Below the pieces are notes generated by a model. The model ran no database searches. It saw only the letters and a list, made by a program, of their open reading frames with translations, and had not been told where the DNA came from. The position numbers were made by a program, and so were the translations under genes. Below, in pieces: positions 23,901 to 28,882 of a stretch of 28,882 nucleotides of DNA (position 1 is the first letter of the stretch; every line of letters begins with the position of its first letter). The DNA is from a virus (Duplodnaviria; Caudoviricetes): the IMG/VR virus record IMGVR_UViG_3300016265_001368, positions 1 through 28,882 of that record; one strand, 5' to 3'.

Positions 23901-25495
23901 ATTACTCTACCATCTTCAGTTCCATTTATTCTTATTTTCTCATTAGTTTTAAATGTTCCAGATACTTGATATAAGTTAATAACACTGCTGTTAGTAACAC
24001 TCTCTACAAGATATCCACTTGCACCGCTATTAACACCTTCGATAAACGCTGGAGCAGTTAAAGTGATTGATGTACCTAGAGTTATTGTAGTATATGTTTG
24101 GATATCATACAAAGAACACTCATATTTTGTAGCATCATTTGAATATTCTGCATTTTTTAATTTAAAGTCATAGACTCTAGCAACACCAATTTTAGTTCCA
24201 GAAGAAATTCCAGAATTTAATGTCCTATTACTGTAAAAAGAAATCTGTGATGCCGTAGAAAAACCAGATATTACAGACCCATGAACATTATTTACATCTA
24301 TTTGTCTTCCGACACTAAAAGGAATAGATTGATTAAAAAGTTTTTCAGTTTCTCTTGGTTTATCAAAATCAATTACTGTAGTTCCTTTAATATCTACTTC
24401 ATATCCTCTGACAAATGCCTTGCCTGGACTAATACTAATGCAACCAATGTTATTTGATGGAATGTTTCCTTGTTTCGTTTTTTGTGCATCGGAATACAAA
24501 CCATTATTTCCGATTTTATTGTCAAGAGATTCTTTAACTGTTAAAGAGAATGGTCTTACGTAATAATCTCCAGACTCATCATAAGTTCTTCTAGCAAGTT
24601 CATTTGAAATTAATCCATAATTAGTTTCATTAACAAAAGTCTGTAAAATTCCATTTTCTACTCTTAATAACTCAATAAAATTTTCATCATTAAAATCGTT
24701 TATATCTTTTTTTATTAATTCTACATCAACTACCAACCTATCTGCACCTGGTGCAGCATAATTTGAAAAACCTTGAGCATTATCAAATAAATCATTGTAT
24801 TTATTTGAAGGTGCTGCAAATTCTTCATTTATGTTTAAACCTACTCTATAGGAAGGTTTGTTATTATATTGGTCCAATATAACTGTTTGTGATGTAACAG
24901 TTACAAAAAATCCTCTAATAAAATATACACCCTCTGTAATTTTTGCTGCTGAACCAATTGATGTTGAAGAAGAAATTATTGAAGTTGCAAAAGTAGTGTT
25001 TGCACGAATTGAAGAACTTCCATAATCAATGTCCTGTAAGGAAATTAAATTTTCACCATCAACAAATGAGTTAGTTGAAAAGTTAGTGTCACTTGAACTT
25101 TGATATTTAATATAAAGAGTATAATTTGACCTATCCGATTGTGAATTTGTTATATAATTTTCTATCTTTGCTGTTACACCACTAATTTCACCTTTAATTT
25201 TTACACCAACTAAACTATTAATATATGTGGATACGGGTATACCCAGATGATTATCATCAATCTCTACGCACGTATAGTTATTATCATAAGAAATCTGACC
25301 TGGAATAACCATTGCACCTTCTTTAAAAAAGTGCTGACCAAATTTCTCTATTTGATTTTGTAAAATAGATTGTAATGTGGTTAATTCTCTAGATTGTATT
25401 GGATATCCTGGTTTAAATAATACCCTTTGATAATTTTTAGACGGGGTAAAATCATCAAAGTATGGAGAAACATTTAAATTACTGTTCTGAGGCAT
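17939..25495 (-). CDS. Giant baseplate/fibre-associated structural protein (VrlC/DUF4815-like), 2518 aa
   Basis: NLNVSPYFDDF, VLFKPGYPIQSRELTTLQSILQ, LARRTYDESGDY, RYTMKDISRLEDRI, DPLAQTF and LFKSQNGSTW motifs; lies directly after gp8. Confidence 0.85.
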   Translation of the reverse strand: MPQNSNLNVSPYFDDFTPSKNYQRVLFKPGYPIQSRELTTLQSILQNQIEKFGQHFFKEGAMVIPGQISYDNNYTCVEIDDNHLGIPVSTYINSLVGVKIKGEISGVTAKIENYITNSQSDRSNYTLYIKYQSSSDTNFSTNSFVDGENLISLQDIDYGSSSIRANTTFATSIISSSTSIGSAAKITEGVYFIRGFFVTVTSQTVILDQYNNKPSYRVGLNINEEFAAPSNKYNDLFDNAQGFSNYAAPGADRLVVDVELIKKDINDFNDENFIELLRVENGILQTFVNETNYGLISNELARRTYDESGDYYVRPFSLTVKESLDNKIGNNGLYSDAQKTKQGNIPSNNIGCISISPGKAFVRGYEVDIKGTTVIDFDKPRETEKLFNQSIPFSVGRQIDVNNVHGSVISGFSTASQISFYSNRTLNSGISSGTKIGVARVYDFKLKNAEYSNDATKYECSLYDIQTYTTITLGTSITLTAPAFIEGVNSGASGYLVESVTNSSVINLYQVSGTFKTNEKIRINGTEDGRVISSFRDYALSDVHQFVGTSGTGSFTADTSLDVVVPLSEPSTRFTFTPSAGRNIVTSSNETFFRNLNIGDILSYTKTSSSVPTYNVVDELDIPNNRIFVRSAPTVSNVCDGTVFGSTSFVNDLKKVILNSRNVNDSYLYSQLGKTNVSNLDLTNSSVIVRKSYNVTISSGVGQILETDPNLFFETFDEEDYNLSFVSTGNVEPLTNQNTLILDKSINFQNISQNGSAILTASLRKVNLNQRKKIFSRCSSLIVSKSSSRLSGIGSISLDDGLTFDSRYGLRVQDKQISLNVPDVVNVLGIFESSGIQDPQLPKVFFSSTNTNVNNFIKGELLIGENSSAAAYFVSTNGSNEIEIVYANENKFSLGETITSKESNISGVIGAITVGDKEIKNNFILDNGQRQEYYDYSRLIRKKEFNSPTKKIKIVYNNYVIDSSSQGDFVSVDSYDDDRYTSEIPSKNGVRNTDIIDLRPRVTSYNVSSGTKSPFEFSSRVFESQTNSSINILAKDKNLNLSYNYYLPRIDKIFLSKNGVFTVNKGTPAFSPKAPNSLDSSLEIATLFYPAYVYDIKDIKVSTSSHKRYTMKDISRLEDRISNVEYYTSLSLLETDTNNLVIRDPQTNLDKFKCGFFVDNFKSYFGGDISNNQFRCSVDTSSGLLKPQHYSTSLDLLVGTESIIGIGQSENTSVDVRFSNDFGNSNIKRTGDLISLNYQDVVYTENRFATRTENVNPFNTPSWIGSIDLNPSSDTWIETRRSERVEDSEGNFTAVMQNLGADTNTGISPINWNSWETNWTGVENIEGPIVARQTETRLISDNTVPDANWWWWWWGGATRTQIFEDVETTIRRNQTLTTRNQSRQGIQFGVSERFDSVSIGDRVVSRSVINFMRSRNIEFVARRLKPSTKFYGFFDNFAITNFIVPKLLEIEMVSGTFQQGEIVVGRVPSSDGLSNSRTIVFRLASQNHKYGPYDEPTETFALNPYNPENSLSNSYSSTSTILNVDTASLEIQSESRFFGSVVPGMQLVGSTSNAVARVSDIRLVSDSAGTLIGSLFIPDPTLPSNPSFESGDKTFVLTTSSTNSRVTGFTDSLAETNFSSNGTLDNVENLTLRIRNADVERNIRQEERTETETEDRLVSNTVTSSRFTQTRVQTRWVDPLAQTFEVTDPNGVFITKCDIFFRSKDSGSIPITLQIRTVETGLPSQTILPFSEVVLEPKDILVSDDSTVATTFTFESPVYLETGQSYSIVLISNSDEYNVWISRMTEVDVRSANRPESERIIVSQQPTLGSLFKSQNGSTWEPSQLEDLKFKLYRAEFTSQSASVRFYNPILSIGNRQIVSLRPNAISLFSKKIKVGLANSLSSTDYSNLSIGTKLTQNGTNNTFSGNLENIIGSIGIGSNLEITNPGFGYSASAVYNNVPLISITGNGSGAIANININPVAIAATIVNGGSGYAPGDSLTFEPSSIGGFGSNAILTVPNSAGIISAFNGFIVNNVQGTIDESGTANEINYVNTSGVVTEITNGTVISSTNISNGRQIKVSHSNHGMYSIDNKVKLFNIESDVAPTRIGNDYQINSTDPIKLDSIDEFKNFEGIVVSASNPGYININGEIIQYTGYNESNSTLTGITRGIPVINNLEISTILTAYHLAGSPVFKYELDGISLLRINKVHNISSGYQIGLDEYYIDIDMSNFSSLVKNRSTDDSGIPALYFKETKTGGNYSSYAPSANSITGPKATQNISYSILRPNIQTLLPETTNIEAKVRTFTGSSVSGNEVSFVDQGFESVSLNSNNYFPTQRAILSRINEDTYLDPYPGKRSFTMELELSTKDTKVSPFIDLDRVNIITSMNRIDKPINDVINDSRINSIYDDPHSFVYLSRPIKLERSADSLKVLFDAYADGSNEIKVLYRIFRDDSPDSQQTYELFPGYDNLDNDGNISEQGNNSGNPDRFVNSSNYNFDYRGYEYTARDLPLFTGYQIKVVVTGTNQAIIPSIKNFRAIATI
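21434..21451. repeat. (TGG)6 trinucleotide run encoding WWWWWW
   Basis: Plus strand shows (CCA)6, in frame within the 2518-aa ORF. Confidence 0.95.
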
Positions 25496-25501
25496 TTTTC
25501 T

Positions 25502-27070
25502 TTAGAACTCCAATACGATTTTAATATCTTCTTTTTGACTTTTTGTTCTTGGGATTGCTTGTCTATTGTCAATGTAAATTATTTCACCAGATTTTTTATC
25601 ATATTCTGAGGATGAAATGCCAGAAATAAAATTACTTCCCAATTGATATGTCCTATTATTTATTACGATACTGTTGCCATTAAACGAAGAATCAATTAAC
25701 AAAGGTGAACCGGTAACATTGTCTCCACTTATCAACAAAGAACCACCAATATCAGGTGATGAAGTAAATTCATTTATTCTATATCCAACTCTTGACGTGG
25801 CAAGACCAACAGGTTGATAATACTTCAGAACACCAGTAATGTTATCCCACGAGGCAACAAATCCAATTGCTGTTGTTCCAGAACCTATAGTTTGAGTAAT
25901 AATAGAATCGACTGCATAATTTGTTAAAGTAGTTGCAGTTCCAGCAAGTTTTAATGATTTTAATGCACTTACTTCTGATTCAGTTAATATGTCTCCTCCT
26001 ATTTTTTGTGGATTTTTTAAAATTCCAACTCTAGAAAAATCGTTCCCAACAATTACATCTGGATTTGATTCATCTGTTTTATATCTAGAATATACTAATA
26101 CTCTATAAGCACCAATTTCTCTAAAAATATCATATCCATGTCCACCTTTTGGTGGAATTATTACATCAAACTGTGCTATTGTTCCGTCATTTGTTAATTC
26201 TGAAGGTATTCCTGGAGCACCTGGTTCAAATTTAATCATACCTTTGGTGTAGTTTTTTCCACCATCAGTTACAAAAATTTCTGAAACTTTGCCAAAAGAA
26301 TCTACAGTAATAGTTGCCTTTCCACCTTCACCATCACCAAGGATGGGAATATTTGCAAACGATTTTGATATCGGTTGATAATTTGTACCTCTTTCTCTAA
26401 TTGATACAATTTTTATATTTCCATCAATTGCATTATTTTTTACAGAAAAACTTTCTTTTCCTTCGACACCCCAATCTTCTGGAACAGGGATAAACTCAAT
26501 AGAGTCAAATTTTACTATTTCTGATGGTTTAATTGTATAAAGATACTTCCAAATATATCCATCACCACTAGTTCCTGCAGCCCTTGGTTCTAAATCAACA
26601 AATAATGGTTGATCGACCGAAGGTCTTCCCTTTTGATTTTCTGGGTCTGTTCCATTTTGAAGACAAACATAAACTCTAAAGTCTTCATTAATTACATAAA
26701 AATTAGATTCATATAAACTAGAAGCATTAGTATTTGGGGTTAAATTGTAAATGGAATAGTCATTCCTATACATTTCATATACTTCACCAGAAGTCCAATT
26801 AACTTTTCTGACAATTCTTCTGACATCATCATTGGTTATTCTTTTCATTGAAAGAATAGTTTCTTTTATTTCATTCTCTTCCTTAAATCCATCCAATGGT
26901 GCTGGAACGTTTGTGTTCCAATCAATTGTTCCATTTGCTTGCACACTTGAAGAATTTGGTTGACCAATAAAAGTGTAATAATTATTTGCAGTATTTCCAA
27001 CAGAAACGAAACTTTTTACAAAAGTCTCAGCATTCAATAGTCTAAATTGATCAGATATGATAGCTGGCAT
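25502..27070 (-). CDS. gp8: Baseplate wedge protein gp8
   Basis: AIISDQFRLLNA, FYVINEDFRVYVCL.NG, DGYIWKYLYTI, GEIIYIDNR and QKEDIKIVLEF motifs. Confidence 0.93.
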   Translation of the reverse strand: MPAIISDQFRLLNAETFVKSFVSVGNTANNYYTFIGQPNSSSVQANGTIDWNTNVPAPLDGFKEENEIKETILSMKRITNDDVRRIVRKVNWTSGEVYEMYRNDYSIYNLTPNTNASSLYESNFYVINEDFRVYVCLQNGTDPENQKGRPSVDQPLFVDLEPRAAGTSGDGYIWKYLYTIKPSEIVKFDSIEFIPVPEDWGVEGKESFSVKNNAIDGNIKIVSIRERGTNYQPISKSFANIPILGDGEGGKATITVDSFGKVSEIFVTDGGKNYTKGMIKFEPGAPGIPSELTNDGTIAQFDVIIPPKGGHGYDIFREIGAYRVLVYSRYKTDESNPDVIVGNDFSRVGILKNPQKIGGDILTESEVSALKSLKLAGTATTLTNYAVDSIITQTIGSGTTAIGFVASWDNITGVLKYYQPVGLATSRVGYRINEFTSSPDIGGSLLISGDNVTGSPLLIDSSFNGNSIVINNRTYQLGSNFISGISSSEYDKKSGEIIYIDNRQAIPRTKSQKEDIKIVLEF

Positions 27071-27090
27071 TTTTAGTAGATATTTTTTTC

Positions 27091-27098
27091 TATTTATT
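27091..27098 (-). promoter_or_regulatory. Late promoter variant AATAAATA for gp8
   Basis: NATAAATA box directly after the upstream stop codon and 20 nt before the gp8 ATG. Confidence 0.6.
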
Positions 27099-28882
27099 CT
27101 AGATTAAACCACGAGTTCTATAAACTTTTGGTGCAGTAGACAAACCAGACAAACCATTATTGGTATTAACAGAGAATGATTTCGAATCTATAAATGCACG
27201 ATTTTCATAATCAAATAGTTTAGACCAAGAGTATTTTCCAAAAATTCCATTTGTAACATCTAAAATATCAACAATAATTGAACCTCCACCGGGAGCATAA
27301 GCAAAATGACATCTAACGGTCGTTATTCCAGACAATGAGGATGGGGTTCCAATGACCTCAGAGACTCTATAAACTCCATCCAAATAAGTCGTAGCTGTTC
27401 CTACAATAGAATCTGGATAATTACTTAATCCACCATTATCAATATCAATACAAGTTAATGCATGTCCAACAGATGGAGAACTATCAAATATTACAAAATA
27501 ATCTCCTCTTTCCAGTTGACTATATTCAACACCATAAGCATTGAGGGCACTATATCCAATTCCTGCACCAATTGCAGGACCATCATAAAATTCAGTTTTT
27601 AACTCAAAGACAATAGTGCTTGAAGCAACAGATACATTTACAATATTTCCAAAATCACCCTTAACTTTGCATGAAACTAACTTTTCAGAAGTTGCTGAAT
27701 CTGAACTAAAAATTACTGGAGGTGGTGTTTCTTGAGAATATCCAAATCCAGGATTTACTATTGTAACCGAATCAACTATTCCATTAGTTGCAGTAGAAGT
27801 TGCTGTTGCTCTATTTAAAACAGGTTCAGCATATATCAAAGTGCCAGTATCACCAACTCCAACATATCTTCCTTCAACTCCAAAAGAATCAACAAAAATC
27901 AAATCATTTATTTTATTTGGTTGATTTGTAGATCTTTCTAACCAATAAATCAAGTCGAAGGAGTAGTAAAGCTTAGAACTAGAAGTTAAAACAACATAGA
28001 AGTCCTGATAATATCTTATATTAAGAATATTTTCAGAAAGTAAAGAATCTGTTGTTACTAAATTCCAATTTAAAGATGAATCGGAAACTACAATAGTTCC
28101 ATTATCTCCAACTGCAACAAATCTAGAACCATCCCATATAATCTTATTTAAATCAAATGTTGTTGGGGATGATGCTAAGAACCAATCTTCACCGTTTGGA
28201 GAAATTGTAATAGTTCCATTTTTTCCAACGGCCACAAAACGACTCTCGGAAAGTGAAGAAATGCCAGAAATCTTGATATCACTATTGGCAACACTTAATA
28301 AATCATAAAAAGACCTTGAGTTTTGTTCTAAAAATTCATCAGAACCTATTCCAACAGATACAAAAGCAGCAGCACTATTTCCAACTGCGACTACTTTATC
28401 TTGAACTGGAGAATAAATAACATCATTAAAAGTATCAGAATAATCACTTGGATTTTTAATTAAACTACTAACAACAACAGAGGTTGTATCTGGAACTAAA
28501 ATAGATAAAGTATATTCTGATAAATCTATAATAGATGATCCAGTTGATATAAATGAAATAATTTTTGAACCATCACCAACAGAAACATACTTATTTGTTG
28601 ATATTGAAACTACAGAATTAAAAGAAATAGTTGAACCATAACCAAGACTTGAAATATTCCAATTAGTTGCATCAGAACTATATCCAACTAATCCACTTTG
28701 TCCAACAGAAACTATATTATTTCCAAAAGTAACAGAATTAAAATTATTTGTTGTTAATGGTGTTATAGTCTGCCAATTATAAATTGGGTCTTTTTTGTTT
28801 ATATAAAGAGAAGAAATCGACACATCAGGATTAGTATTTTCAAAATAACCAAATCCACCAGAATTTATAGATATTTCCGAAA
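27099..28882 (-). CDS. gp7: Baseplate wedge initiator gp7-like protein, C-terminal part (frame open to the right edge)
   Basis: The frame stays open upstream of the track's GTG (SEISINSGGFGYFENTNPDV). The C-terminus GKYSWSKL...GLSGLSTAPKVYR and the position before gp8 match cyanomyovirus gp7. Confidence 0.75.
   Translation of the reverse strand, partial: SEISINSGGFGYFENTNPDVSISSLYINKKDPIYNWQTITPLTTNNFNSVTFGNNIVSVGQSGLVGYSSDATNWNISSLGYGSTISFNSVVSISTNKYVSVGDGSKIISFISTGSSIIDLSEYTLSILVPDTTSVVVSSLIKNPSDYSDTFNDVIYSPVQDKVVAVGNSAAAFVSVGIGSDEFLEQNSRSFYDLLSVANSDIKISGISSLSESRFVAVGKNGTITISPNGEDWFLASSPTTFDLNKIIWDGSRFVAVGDNGTIVVSDSSLNWNLVTTDSLLSENILNIRYYQDFYVVLTSSSKLYYSFDLIYWLERSTNQPNKINDLIFVDSFGVEGRYVGVGDTGTLIYAEPVLNRATATSTATNGIVDSVTIVNPGFGYSQETPPPVIFSSDSATSEKLVSCKVKGDFGNIVNVSVASSTIVFELKTEFYDGPAIGAGIGYSALNAYGVEYSQLERGDYFVIFDSSPSVGHALTCIDIDNGGLSNYPDSIVGTATTYLDGVYRVSEVIGTPSSLSGITTVRCHFAYAPGGGSIIVDILDVTNGIFGKYSWSKLFDYENRAFIDSKSFSVNTNNGLSGLSTAPKVYRTRGLI

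Noticed and set aside
27820-28823. Stand-alone 574-aa Ycf48-like photosystem II assembly gene
   Set aside because: The frame is open past the window edge, and the propeller is embedded in a gp7-like structural protein, so it is not a separate metabolic gene.
1-28882. tRNA, rRNA, CRISPR array, mobile element or recoded stop codons
   Set aside because: All intergenic gaps are under about 70 nt, with no cloverleaf or spaced direct repeats. Genes translate to full length in the standard code, and TAA, TAG and TGA are all used as stops.

Overview
The window is the core virion-morphogenesis (late) module of an AT-rich T4-like cyanomyovirus (Kyanoviridae-like; a freshwater picocyanobacterial host is an inference). 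All credible genes are on the minus strand. In transcription order they are: gp7 (C-terminal part), gp8, a 2518-aa VrlC/DUF4815-like virion protein, three small conserved ORFs, a 766-aa fibre protein, a small coiled-coil ORF, gp13, gp14, gp15, gp16, a capsid-targeting-sequence/DUF5661-like protein, an NblA-like ORF, gp17, gp18, gp19, gp20, a 53-aa ORF missing from the ORF track, a 207-aa ORF, gp21, gp22 and gp23 (N-terminal part). T4-type late promoter boxes (TATAAATA and NATAAATA/NCTAAATA variants) sit in most gene gaps, and six of them overlap the upstream stop codon. The most notable observation is a two-gene insert between the terminase subunits. It encodes a putative capsid-packaged multi-module internal protein and an NblA (phycobilisome degradation)-like protein whose stop codon overlaps the terminase start. 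Other highlights are a late promoter that would start transcription inside an intrinsic terminator, a six-tryptophan run in the giant virion protein, and a 7-bladed BNR-type propeller inside gp7. All family assignments come from recognising motifs and gene order by eye; no database searches were run.
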